DNA of 64,000 nt from Sarea resinae (GCA_026026165.1 JAPEUD010000009.1:124001-188000); one strand, 5' to 3'; numbered from the stretch's first letter, positions 38,501 through 51,463 are shown. Numbers and translations: made by a program. Notes: generated by a model not told the origin, from the sequence alone.

Positions 38501-40975
38501 GCAACGCTATCAGGTAGATTGACGGTGTGAGCATGAGGATTTCCGGGCTGAACAGTCTGTTTAGATACGGCGACATCGGGGCTATCTGTTGATCGCTCAA
38601 CTTCATCAGTCTTGATCTTCCGGCCGATAAAGTGCGAGTAGAGTTCGGTCTGAGAGATTAAAAAGTTCAGCTTCCGTTTTTGACGATTGGCCTCGCGATC
38701 TGCTTCAGCCTTTTTGGCATTCTCTAATTCCTGCCTCTCGGCCATTCGTCGAAGATCTCGTTCTTCCCGCTCGTTTCTCTTCCAGAAGGACATCATCTCC
38801 TTTGACGTCCTCTTGGCCCGGGCTTGAACATCCTTCATGCTCTTGTTCGTGCGTAGCTGCCAACGGCGAGCTTCCTTTGATGCAAGTTGCGCGGTCTTCC
38901 GTAGATTTGATTGCTTCGTCGACAGTGAAGCCTCCTTGACTTTGAAGACACGTGGTATGTCTTTACGCGCAATGTCTCTCCATATCTGGTCGTAGATCTG
39001 GTTGTAACCCTTCGATGCAAATGGCACGAACGGAGCAGGTGAAGCGTCCTTGACCTCCTTTGGCTCTTTCTCTTTCTTTACCGCCTCCTTACGATTATCT
39101 TCCTTCGGCAAGATCGTGACCAGTTCGTTGTTCTCCATCGCGGCGTGAGCGGCTTCGGCGGCATCTTTCTCCGCTTGCTTCTGTTCTTTGGATTTCCGGG
39201 GTCGAGCGCCACCTCTTCCTTTCTTCTTGGGCGGCTCTGGTGCGTTTTCCTCACCCATGTGGAAAGAACTCATGGTACCACCTTCCATATTGGGCGCCAA
39301 AGGAGTAACTTCTCTGATCTCCTTGGGGTCTTCAACTCCTTGAAGGATCCTCTTTGTCTGTCTAGCTTTCTTTTCCGCACGCTCTGCTTCCTTCTTGTAT
39401 TTTTGCCGCTCAGCCTCGTCGGCAGCTTGTTGGGCCTTCTCGATAGCTTCGTTGCGTTTCTGATACTCATTCTGGACGGTCTTTTCCCGCCGACGTTTGC
39501 GTTGCATGTCTTTCTTCCGTTCCTTTTCGTCGTGTATTTCCTTCTGTTGCACTTCAGCTAATGCTTCGGTTTCATGCAACGCTCGGAAGCGGTTCTTGGA
39601 AATCTCGGTGTGATAGCCCAGCTGATCGGCCATCTTCGATGCAAGTACCGTGCGTCGACGCTGTGGATGATCAGTGATGTGAGCGTCTATCGTGCATATT
39701 TGTAAGCATACCTTTCTCTTCCTAAACTCGGCTTCTTCAACGTCACGTAGACGCTTCGCTGATTTCTTTCTGTACTCCGCCTTTTCCTGCTCGAATTCGG
39801 GGGATTCGACGTCGCTAAGCTCCATTACGTCTATCTCCGCCAAAGCCGTGCCGACATCGTTCTCTTTGTCCGTTGTCGGTTGAGGTTTTGTGGTGCTTGG
39901 CTGCGTCGATTGGCAGCTGTCATGATCTCCATTCGATGTCGTCTTCGCCGCTCGAAGAATCGTCGCTGTCGGCGTTCTATTAGATGGACGAGCAACCTCA
40001 ATCACAGAGGCTGGCTCTTCGACCGGAGCTGGCGGCGGCCCAGAGGATCGAGATGACTTCCGCAGTTCTTTGACCGGAGGGGGTGGAACTGCAGAGACAG
40101 AAGGGGTGGCATTTGAGCTTGACAGTATGCTTGAGAACGACATTGGATCAGTAGCTCGATTCGGTCTCTGTAAATAAATTTCAGCAGCGTCCGGCGACTG
40201 TGATGGAGCGAAACTCACGTCCTGAGAAGCTGGCCGCTCGTGTGATGCTGTTGCTACCTGCTTAGAACTTCCTTTAAAGTCGTGGTAAGACACCGGAGAG
40301 CTAGCGGATGGCTGAGGAGGCGATTTCGCTACTGGATCGATCCGAAGTGAAGGATGTGAGTGAGTAGGGATATTGGGGGGTGAGTGTTGTGGATAGGTAG
40401 TCGCCACGGGTGAATGATGGGCGCTCTTCAAAGGATTCGACTCTGGGGAAGCTTCAGGAAAGCCGTAGGAATCTCGGTTCTGCGCAGCAGACGTGTAAGC
40501 AGGTCATCCTAAGTCGCCAACCTAGATTTTGGCGAGAAGGGTTTGGATGATGAAGACTTACCTGGATTGGCGAGTGCGCAGAGTAGTGCGAGCGACTCCA
40601 GCCTCGATTCCTGTCAACCTGATCCGTCGTCGGATCGTAGTAAGTTGACGGTCCCTTCTCTCGTGAATGAAATCCACTCCCATTTAATGCAGGAGGTAGA
40701 CCGTTTGTCGTAGGCGACGTGGGGGCTCCGACCCCCGGACTTCGGCTTATCGAAGGGGGAAGTGGAAGTGCTGCAGGCGTTGGTGGATGGTATTGGCTAT
40801 TGTAGCTCGGGCGCGGATGCGATCTGTTCGTGGGTGAATAGCTATTGAAGTGCGGGCGAGTGGGTGAGTGCGCAGTGTACGGGGAGTGTTGCTGGTTTGA
40901 CCCCGTTATTTTATCTCGTCTCAACCGCTCGTCTTCCCCGTCCTGAGGACGAGGCATGCCCGGATTGTGATACAT
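35575..40975 (-). CDS. INO80: Chromatin-remodelling ATPase Ino80
   Basis: DBINO region ([15 protein letters not shown]); SNF2 motifs [29 protein letters not shown]; split ATPase insertion; [11 protein letters not shown]. First exon begins MYHNPGM at 40975. Confidence 0.97.
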
Positions 40976-42846
40976 TCGGAGAGCAGAGGGGCCCGACTAA
41001 GGCGAAGGTTGGCCGACTTGTCTCCTGGCCATGGACTGTTGAAGCTGTCCGACGAGATTTCTACAGTTCCGTCATCTAGACAGTCGCTCCGGGATAGCAC
41101 ACGATGGTATTTTCGATCGTCTTGAGACCAATCGAGAGGCGGCAGGTCGCAAACCGCGCGGGCGTGGCGAAGCAGGTAGACGTTGGTCGGACGGTCGGCG
41201 TTCGTGGCTAATTACCGCATCCAGGCAGGAATTCTCGTCACGCGCGACGCACCGTGTGAACTGCGACGTCAGGGCGTTGATGCTGGCCCGGCTCACGAGG
41301 TTGACTTGATGGTCTGATGAGAGGCAGTCGGGAAGAGAAGGAGGATGAAGGGACGGTGATGATGGCGGATGGAGATGGAGATGGATGATGGGGGATGGGG
41401 CGGTTGGGAAGGAGAGTTAGTTGAAAATGTGGTGTGGTGGAGGTCGCTCACTGGCCGGATGTCTGGATGGGCATTTTGGGTCGAGTGAGGGAGTCGTGGT
41501 AATAATAGTGGATGTTCGGATTATGGATGTACCCTTTTACCTTTCACCATGTTCTACGGATTTCATCGACAATCACCACGGCAAGGTAATGGAAGGTAGA
41601 GGCACCGTGTCTCCCAACCGAGAGCTGGAGCTCTTCGGAGTACTCTGCCCAGCCCGTCACCCATCTCGTTCACTGCCCGGGCGACCCTCTCCTAATTCCA
41701 GATGGGGGAAATGAGATGGACGAACGATGGATGGCCTTCGTGAGACTGCCCGTTGGCGGACACTGCAGCTCACACGACGAGAAGAAACCGCGTCATCCCA
41801 GTCCTACTAGGTACCTTGCCTACAGTAGCTTTCCCTGCAAGTGAGGAGGTACCTTTTTGGTGGGAGGTGATGAAAGCTGGAGCGCTTATTGTTGTATTTG
41901 ATCAGTAGCTATCGTCTACCCTATTGCCGCGTGCTGACTGTGGCTCCAGCTTGCCCTTGATTCGGTCTCCGTGGAGAGAATCATGACTCTCGTGAGCACT
42001 GCGCATTGCGGATTGCAGATTGTGTATTGCGCCTTCTTCCATTCCAGTGGGTGCCCGGTGGGTGCCGGGCTGGTCTTCGTCTCGTCTCATCTCGTTTCTT
42101 GGTCCTCGTCTCGTCGGACCTTCAGCTTCTCGCCAGGCCCGTCTGCTTTCGTTCTTTGTCAAGTCCCCGGTCTCCTCCTGCTCCGCCGCGCTTCTTACCT
42201 CAATCCACCTCGATCGGGCAAGTCTCCTCGCTTCGAATCGAGCTCGCGTCTTAGCGTGCTGTCTTTACCTCTTGCGGTTAACGTGGATGACTTCGGTCCA
42301 GATAAACGAACCTTCGGCTTCCGTGTATTAGTAAGATCTTAGCTAAGACCGCTGACGTCCGAGAAGGCATTTCCTTGGCAAAGGGGCCAGAACGCCCAGT
42401 GCTCATCCATGGGTCACTGAAGCAAAGAGCGCAAGCATTCATCAGAGATATTGCTGTTACGTGCCGGATAGCATCTTCTAGATACAAGTCTCCATAGAGG
42501 ATCGTAGGAAATTCCAAAGCACGAACAATTGTGTGCTACATAGGCGACATCCCAGCAACGTTGCACTCCGGCCTCTGTCCTGCGACACGTCTCCTCACCG
42601 TTAAGCAAGGAACAAAATGCCTGCAGGCGCGGCACTGAGTCACCGGCAGGGCCCACAACATTGTAGGTGGCCACAGACGGGTCTTTGCTACGTCGATTCA
42701 AGTGGTATATTTTTCTAGCACGACAAAGCGATAATATCGCATCATTACTCCGACGACGCCGCCCCACCCTTTGCAAGTATGCGACAAGAAAAGATGATAC
42801 TCCAGATGCCCCTTCTTGGACACCTCCGGTCAATTTGATGGACGGC

Positions 42847-45198
42847 TCACGATGGACCGCCCTTATGGCCACCTCCTCTGCCGGAATCCAGCAGGAGTTT
42901 GGGCTTGATGTAGCCTTCGTCCAGTTGCCGAAACCATGCAGCATGGTCATCTGAGGAGCTTGATAAGAACTGACTTATCGCACCACTGGCAGTAAGATGG
43001 CTTTCGGAGCCTTCAGGCTGATCTACCGTCGCAGCAGGGCCGTATGGTGTTGTCGCCGCAATGAGCGAAGGATCCCTGGGGGCTACTGGCGGCTTCCTCT
43101 TCGCTGCTAAAGGAGGTAGATCGGAGGTGTCTGACCCTAAATCATCTTCATCGCTCACGCTTTCTGCGTGACTGAGCAGGTTCTGTGCGGCCGCGTCTGC
43201 TCCATTCATACTTCGGGCGGAGTTCTTTCGAGCTGCCATTGCCGACCCCGGTCGCACAGGAGGGCTCTGGCCCGAATTACCACTGCTGTAGCTGCCCACT
43301 CCGTCCTTTTGTCCATTTGGTCGCATATCAACGGTAGAAAGTGGTACAGCCTGTTCGCTGCGCTGAGGCATGTGACCAACTCCAGTTCCAGAATGTTTGT
43401 AGTATGTACCGCCGGCGGCAATTTCAATGTCAAATTCATCGTCTGAGTCGATTTCTTCGACCACGCCTGTACGGATGCCTAGAATTTCGAGCATTCGCGC
43501 AGTGGTACCTCCAAATATTATGACCGTAAGCACGACTACCACCAGGACCGTAGCGCGCAAAGCCGGTCCATCATCGCCAGTCAAGCCTGCTGCAAGTGCT
43601 ACTCCGACGGCTCCCCTAAGACCTGCCCAGAAAAGCATCGCTTGATATGAATATGGTAACTCATCTGCAACCTCTTTACCTCGCCGTTTGGCGCGGTATC
43701 GGATAACGGAGTTGATGGCAAGTGACAGGGGGAACACTGCCGCCCAGCGCGCCAAGCATATGCCTGCCACTGTAACGAAAATGAAAAGAGGTTTGAACGA
43801 CAGCTCGGGTTCCGTGAAGAGGGAAAGTCCAAGATATATGAAGATAAAGTTCTCAGAAAGTTGGGCGAGGACCTGGAATAGGTATTTTGTCGTGAGCTGA
43901 GTGCGCCGCGACATATTGTAGTACGCATAATGTTTGAGAGTAATTCCGCAGAACAGCAACGATACAATTCCTATAGCAAGACTGTTAGTGGGAAACTCTG
44001 ATGGCTGATGCAGAGCAGTGTAAGCGTCCAGCCGAGTGGGTCAAATGCTTACCAGACATGTGCAACCCATTTGAGAAGAAATAGCTAGCGTATGCGATCA
44101 GAACAATAATACAGCTCTCGATCTTAGGGTACCGTCGCAACAGGGTGTATTTCAACCCTAATGCTGTGAGTATGCCCACAGCAACTCCAATCAGGAGGCT
44201 TCCGAAGAAGACCAGAAAGAAGATTCCAACACCTTCGAAGAAACTGAATATGCCTAGTGAACTCCCTTCTTTGCCTCCGGTCTTGTACCTCTGTGCGGTT
44301 TCGAAGAGAACGATGGCGATAGCGTCATTGAGAATAGACTCTCCGAAGATGACCGTGTAAAGCTTGGGGTCAACTTTGTATGTGTTGAAGATAGCAAGAA
44401 TGGTGACGGGATCAGTGGCAGAGAGCGTAGCGCCCACAGAAATGGCGTCAACGAACGAAATGTCCAGCCCTTCAAGCGGAATACGAGTCCATAGGTAGAG
44501 GACCAAGCCAAGGACGACGGCAGAGATGAAAGTGCCCGCAAAAGCAAATGTTAGGATCGCTCCAATATTTCGGAAGAAATTTGCCTGTCGAATAGCGTCA
44601 GAATCTATCAATACCGCGGCATATTCCCCACATACCTGATGCAACTCGTAGCCAGATGCGAGGATGATGGGCGGAAGAAGAAGGTTGAAGAAAATTTGAT
44701 AGTCGAAGCTGACAGCGTCCAACAGAGATTGAATGGCGAGGACACGCAGTGTCAGGCCAACAGTCATGCCTGCATAAGTCCTCTCGTCAGTCTCCAGATT
44801 GCACTCAAGAGGCGAACAGACATACCTGCGAATATAGATAAGACGGTCTCATGGACTGCTTGTATCTTTCTTTGTTGGAGCATATAACTCGTGAAAAGAG
44901 CTACGATCAGCAAGCCGATCAAGATAAAAAGAGCCCATGATGACAGGATCTCTTTCTGTCCAGCTTCCGGTTCTACGAGCGGAGTAATCAGCCACTGCGG
45001 AGAAGATCAAGCACCAGAAGTCGACGACTGCCTACCATCAGGATCCTCGTTGTCCGATTGCCGTTCTATGTTCGCGTTAAGAAGTCAGCTCAATGCTCCC
45101 TGCACAGTCGATGCGCATCGTATCTCCCTTGAAGGTTGCTTGAGAAGGGGACTCGTACTTGATAGCTCGAAGGCGGCAGCTCCAACGATTGATGCCAT
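42847..45198 (-). CDS. NHX1: Endosomal/prevacuolar Na+(K+)/H+ exchanger
   Basis: FFNLLLPPII, SATDPV, FGESILNDA and WAGLRGAV CPA1 motifs; multiple short 5' exons from MASIVGAAAF. Confidence 0.93.
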
Positions 45199-46236
45199 GA
45201 CGGCGGTGTCGAAGATTCGAACGGTCGCACAACTGCTACTGCCAAGGGCTCTCCAGAGACAAAGTCAGAAGTCGGCAGGTTGGAGGCATGCGCTGAATAT
45301 GTCTCTACTCCTTCCTAGGCATTCAGCTATCCCGTCATGCAAGGTGTTGCTAATGGAACGGTTCGAATGAACGGCGATCTCCGGGCACGGCCCGTATTGA
45401 TACGAGCGAAGGCAAAGTAAGCTAGAGGTACCTTGGAGGGTGTCCTCTTCTCCCTCCTCTGATATCAAATGAACATTACAGACGGGACACGAAGTTGAAA
45501 GATGAGAGTCACAGTTGAAAGTGAGGCCCTGGGGTTTCGATGCATCTATGCTGAGATCCCGTGTATGTTCAAAGAAAGCACAGTATCAACGGATTTCGTG
45601 TTCCTGCGTCGAATTACACTAGCAGTCCTCCGTAGGTCTCTCTGTATTCCTCGCTACTTGTCCTTTCCGTACCTTTCCTGCCTCTGCATGCCCAGATACC
45701 CTCACGTATAAAGTACTTCTAGCTCTCTGTGTACCTTTGAAGCTACCCCGGAGAATGATGCCATTCATGACCACTCAAACCGTGAAACTTGAAGAACGTT
45801 ATTCCTAGAGAGACGACATCCCACGAATGGATTGATCGACAGACTATCAGTCAGTCTCCTCTAAAGCTTCATCTTCCAAGTTCTCGCCCTAGAATCCACT
45901 ATTCTTACAATACTCTACCCAAAGGCCTGCGATATAGCGTTCACGAGCAAGCATCAGCTACCCTCTTGCTACATCTTGCGAGTCACAAGGGTCGTTCTCG
46001 CTGTGCATGCGGCACACCAAAACTGCTGAGCACGCTGGCTGCCCGTCAAGACACGATGCCACACTGTGAAGCGTCACAATCGAAATTGCAATAGAGCTGT
46101 TGGGTAGTTTTGTACATATCTTATGGATACCCAGGCTTGAGGAGAACGAGCACTTTCTTAACGTTCATCATCGAGCAAATCTACCTGGCTTTCAGTTTCA
46201 GCGTAGTAGATAGATCAACTTAACCCAGCGTCCCAG

Positions 46237-48429
46237 ATGGCGGATCGTGGGCCTTCCTCTTCGCCGCATCCGCATCCAAAGAACGGGTCCCTTTCTCAGG
46301 ATGCAACTGCTCTCGGATCAGAAAGCGCGCATTCGTTGCCTCGGCACTCTTCGCAAGCACGTAAATCGCTCGAGTCGCTCCACGAGGCGTCGCCACTTCT
46401 TTCTCCGCGGCTTTCTGGCGAGCAGAGCCCTGTGAAAACCCCATCGTCACCGTCGGAAGAAATAGACGATGGCGATGGGCAAGCAACGAAGAGCGTCTGG
46501 TATTTGATATTGCTGACTATGAGTATAGGCGGGTAAGTGATATCAAGTCTCGAGTATTTAACGTGGTACTAAATCTGACTGCATCAGATTGCAAATAGCT
46601 TGGTCTGTCGAGTTGTCTAATGGCTCAGTATGTCCTATTTCATGTGGAGATCTACAGGATCGTGTTAACATCTGCTAGCCGTATCTTCTATCCCTCGGTC
46701 TTAGCAAATCGTTGATGGCCTTCGTCTGGATCGCGGGGCCTCTTTCGGGGTCTCTCGTGCAGCCATATGTCGGTATTCGCAGCGATAATTGCCGCATTGC
46801 TTGGGGTAAGAGGAAGCCATTCATGATCGGAGGAGGACTTGCAACTATAATTTCTCTTCTAGCCCTTTCTTGGACGAAAGAGATTGTTTCGGGATTCTTG
46901 CAACTATTTGGGGCAGAACCACTTTCTCGGGGGGTAAAGAATTCTACTATTGTCTTTGCTGTCTTTTTCGTATATATCCTCGATTTTGCAATCAATGTGG
47001 GTAGGTCACATCCAGCCATCGTCACGAACCAGCACCGTTACTGATGGCATTGGCTGCAGTCCAAGCAGGCATTCGAGCATTCATCGTCGACAATGCGCCG
47101 ACTCATCAGCAAGAGGACGCCAATGCTTGGGCAGGACGTATGACTGGGGTAGGCAACGTCCTAGGGTATCTCTCTGGCTATATCGATTTACCCAGCATAT
47201 TGCCCTTCTTGGGTCATACCCAGTTTCAAGTGCTATGCGTCATTGCTTGCGTGGCTCTCTCGAGCACGATTACCATCAGTAGTCTCTTCATCCGAGAACG
47301 AGACCCCCTGCTCGAGGGCCCAGCACCAAAGGGCCAAGCTGGAGTCCTTGCCTTTTTCAAGCAAACCTTCAAATCTATCGGACGATTGCCACCACAAGTT
47401 CGCAAAGTCTGCGAGGTACAATTCTTTGCCTGGATCGGCTGGTTCCCATTTCTCTTTTACATCACCACCTACATCGGCGAGATCTATGTCGAGCCTATCT
47501 TTGCGGCGCATCCAGACATGTCTGACAGAGATGTCGACCGAGTTTGGGAAAGTGCCACGCGCGTTGGCACGTTTGCCCTCCTTATCTTCGCATTCACCTC
47601 TTTCGGCTCGAATATTCTCCTCCCGTTCATCGTAGCCCGTTCCTATACTGTCGACGCGGCCATCTCACCCTCGCAACCCTCCATCAACCTCACGGCCTCC
47701 ATGAACTCCACCTCAGGACAGCGCAAGCGCTGGTTCTCCCTGACACGTATAAATGCAGCTCTAACAAATGCTTTATCGCATCTTCAAATCCGTTCTCTCA
47801 CCCTCCGACGCGCTTGGCTGATCTCTCACCTCATCTTTGTCATCTGCATGTGGTCGACGCTGCTTGTTCGCACTACCACCGCCGCCACGGTCCTCGTCGG
47901 ATTTGTCGGCCTGCCCTGGGCACTAACGCTCTGGGCCCCTTTCGCCCTCATCAGCGCTGAGATCTCAAAGCGTGATGCTATCCGACGAGGCCAGTTGCGC
48001 GCTCCAGCACTGGATTCCAGCACTGCAACATTCAACAACTCCATCAATTCTGGACCATCTTCTCACACACCAACAACGACTGCTGATATCGAAGCCGCTC
48101 TTCCCTCTCCCAACGACATCGACTCTAACGCAGAAGACCAAGCGGGCATTATTCTAGGCCTCCATAACGTCGCCATTGCCGCTCCTCAAATCATTGCCAC
48201 GCTCCTTAGCAGCATCATCTTCCGCCTGCTGCAAAAGCCTCGGGGTGCGACAGGGGATCAGAGCGTGGGATGGGTGCTTCGGTTGAGTGCCATAGCTACG
48301 CTGGTTGCGGCGTACATGACTTCGAGGGTTGGGGAGGAGAGGGACACACTTAAGGGGGATTACGGGAAGTTGACAAATCCAATTGGGAATTATGATGAAG
48401 TAGATAACGGCCGTGATGGAAGTATATGA
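46237..48429 (+). CDS. Sucrose/alpha-glucoside:H+ symporter (GPH; SUC/SLC45/S. pombe Sut1-like MFS)
   Basis: GGLQIAWSVELSNGS (short exon 46588-46627), WIAGPLSGSLVQPYVGIRSD, WGKRKPF, QFFAWIGWFPFLFY, GIILGLHNVAIAAPQ. Confidence 0.9.
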
Positions 48430-48955
48430 AATGAGCCTCTGTGTATGTTGGGCAAGCGAGGGATATTAGAGGGCCGATCATTTGGTCAGAGACACCTCTC
48501 TCTTTACATACCCTAGCCTCTGTTCCTCTTTCGACATGACCTATATAGTAATATGAACCCATCGTCTACGCTCATTCTATTCTTCTCTTTATAAGATAGT
48601 GATCCATGATTGAGCTCTATTCAGCTCCGCTCTTGTTTTGATATCTCCCGCAAGTGTAGTCGATATTGCTTAAATTTATATCTTTAGTCAAAAGTGATTG
48701 AGACCTCTCAAATTTGCAAGGCTTCTTAATACGTATTGAAAGAAGCTTGCCTGTTGATCAATTGGTCATCCCTCGGGAATCTCATGAATGCTCCGGAAAG
48801 CCTAAGAAAAGGGTTGTGCTGTGAAGTTTCGCCAAGTATGAGAGTCCATGCATTCAATAAGCCTGTCAATTTTTCGTTTTGGCCTTGACGGGATTCGATC
48901 CGGGTGAAGAGATCAAGCTATATATATCTAATTAACACCAGATATTCTAACGAAA

Positions 48956-49176
48956 GGTTGTATGGTCTAATGGTATAAACGGACAGCTGTTACAATGCAA
49001 CTGTCCTGTATAACACGCGGCGTTCTGCCTTTGTATGACCTCACCCGCGTATACACCTTACCATTACGAAATCCGACATAATGATATGCGATCCCCTTTC
49101 AGGCTGGCTTGACGCCAATGAGATAACCCCAACGGGGGTTTCGTAGGACTACTCGAAAGGGTAGTCTGAGCCTTTT
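48956..49176 (+). ncRNA. Candidate structured, Pol III-like non-coding RNA of unassigned family (tRNA-like 5' domain)
   Basis: TATATATAT 48919-48927; A-box-like TGGTCTAATGG 48963-48973; five nested or adjacent helices; GAAA-capped hairpin 49147-49166; TTTT 49173-49176 and T7 49200-49206. Confidence 0.55.
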
Positions 49177-49369
49177 GCTTCCCTGATGGCCTGAGATGAT
49201 TTTTTTGATAGGTCATATACTAGAGTCTAGCAACAACCACCACCATAAGGTAAGGTAGACAAGGCCCGTATTCAGCATTAGAGAGTAACTTACTATCTAC
49301 CATTTTTGTACATGTAGATAGCCAACTACCCTCAAATAGGCAAATCATATACTAGACTTTCATTGCATA

Positions 49370-50324
49370 TCAACGCTTCAGTCTCTTATTCCACTCAACA
49401 CAGTCCGTGAACTTTGCACCTGTACCACCAAAAACGTCCAATGCGCTCCCAATGGTCAAGTCAACTTTTCCATGGCTCAGAGCCTGTACCTTGTCTAGAT
49501 CCTCGACGCTCTTCCCCCCTCCAGCGTACGTGACTGGTATCGAGCACCACTGAGCTAGCTTGCGCACCAGCTCTTCGTCTATGCCTCGTTGCAGCCCTTC
49601 ATTGTCCGCTGCGTGGATGAGAAACTCGGAACAATATGGTTCGAGCATTTTGATAGTGTCTTCAGGGGCCGTTAGATGCGCCATGCTCTCAATTGGATGT
49701 CCTCGAAGCTCACCTTCGTTCACCTCTGTATCGGTCAACTTCTGCCATTTGTTCATGGCTACGAACCAGGAGCTGCCTACTCTCCGGCAGCTTAGGTCGA
49801 TGACCAACTTATTCTTGTCGCCCTGAAGAGCTGAGAGCACGCCTTGTAATCGGTCCATGGAGAATTTGCCATCCGGGAACAGATAGGATGTGATGATGAC
49901 CTACTATTCGCTATCAGCTCTGCCAAAGGGAAATAATAGCAAAGTATTTCGTAATTCGTTCAAGAGCAAATGCAGAAGGAGAAAGAAGCTCAATGCGACT
50001 AAACTCCAGAAAGGATGACCTCACCTTCTCCGCCCCGAAGTTGATCCAATCCATAGCATTCTCCTCCGTGACACCACCACCAACCTGGAAGCCGCCTTTC
50101 CACTCCGAGAGCGCCTCCTGTGCTGCATCCATATTTCCCGGGCCGAGCATGATCACATGCGCGCCCGTCAATCCATTCTCCTTGTAGAGCTTCGCGAAGT
50201 GACCCGCGGGCAGAGTCGACACATGGTTGGTCTTGAGCTCCGCAGAAACATCCGTAAGCGTGCCACCCACGATCTGCTTCACTTGCCCGGAGTGCAAGTC
50301 TATGCAAGGACGAAAGCGTGTCAT
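49370..50324 (-). CDS. HIS6: ProFAR isomerase (histidine biosynthesis)
   Basis: [66 protein letters not shown]; two introns. Confidence 0.96.
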
Positions 50325-50504
50325 TGCATTGGTATTTTGACTTCGCAGAGGGAGAGCATCTGTGTCGAGGTGGATTTCTACTTAATGCCCCACCACCGAC
50401 TTGATCGGCAATCTGTAGAAGCGGCAATCGCCGCTTCACCGCCTTCGCGCCAGAAATATTTTGGGTCTCGCGGCGCACTTCGACTCCGAAATAACAACGG
50501 CGTG

Positions 50505-51463
50505 ATGACGGCATTACTAGGGAAAAGAAAACGCCAAAAGGTCCGCACGGATGAGCGGGACGATGCAGATGGTGATCATGGAGAGGAAAATGGCGACCTA
50601 CAAGCCATCTTTCAGCGGCATTTCGAGGCGCAGTTCAAGCCGCTGCAGCAGGTGAAGAAGGGCCCCCAAAAGGAGACTGCAGTAGTAGAACGGGAAGAGG
50701 ATGAAGAAGAAGAAGAGGAGGAGGAGGAGGAGGAATCAGACTGGGGTGGTTTCTCAGATCATAGTAAGTTTTCCAGGGGATCGATTCTGATGATCCCCTA
50801 CTGAACACCTTAGGCGCCCAGGAAGTGGAAGTCATCGAGCATACAACGCAAGCCAGCAGAGATAGAGCTTCCAAAGACGAGATGAAAGCCTTCATGGTAC
50901 GTCCCCAGCGTCGCATATGGCTTTATCTCGGCTTAATTATCATGCAGTCATCTAAGCCCCCCTCAGCGGTCTTGAAAACCAAATCTACAGCCTCCAAGAG
51001 GCCACCAGACACGGCAGACGAGGACAACACGGATGCTGCCAACCTCAAAAATGACCTAGCACTGCAGCGTCTTCTCAACGAGTCCCATCTCCTCGATAAC
51101 AATACCGCGTTTTCTCCTTCAGGCAGGAACCGACATAAGGCTACAGACCTACGATTACGAACACTGGGCGCCAAGACGTCCATCTTGACGCAGGAGAAAA
51201 TGCCCCTCTCGCATCGCAAAGGAATCGTCGCGAAGGCGAGCCAGCGAGAGGAGAAGAGGAGGCTGGAGGCGAAGGAGAATGGAATCATTTTGGAAAGAGC
51301 GACGAAGGTGAAGAAGGGGACTGAGGGCAAGAGAGAGAGGGGGGTCGGCGCGCCGAGCGTGGGGAGATTTAGTGGGGGGATGCTGAAGTTGAGCAAAAAG
51401 GATGTGATGGATATTGAGGGACCGAGAAGGAACGGAAAGGGAAAGAAGGGCTCTAGGCGATAA
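50505..51463 (+). CDS. FAF1: 40S biogenesis factor Faf1/C1orf131-like
   Basis: MTALLGKRKR, FQRHFEAQFKPL, acidic tract, NLKNDLALQRLLNESHLL, EAKENGIIL, RERGVGAPSVGRFSGGMLKLSK. Two short introns (about 50765-50814 and 50897-50947). Confidence 0.78.

Noticed and set aside
49147..49166. GACTA/TAGTC pairing resembling group I intron P7, or a hammerhead core
   Set aside because: No room for P3/P8, no P/Q elements and no CTGANGA core in the right position; it is a simple GNRA hairpin.
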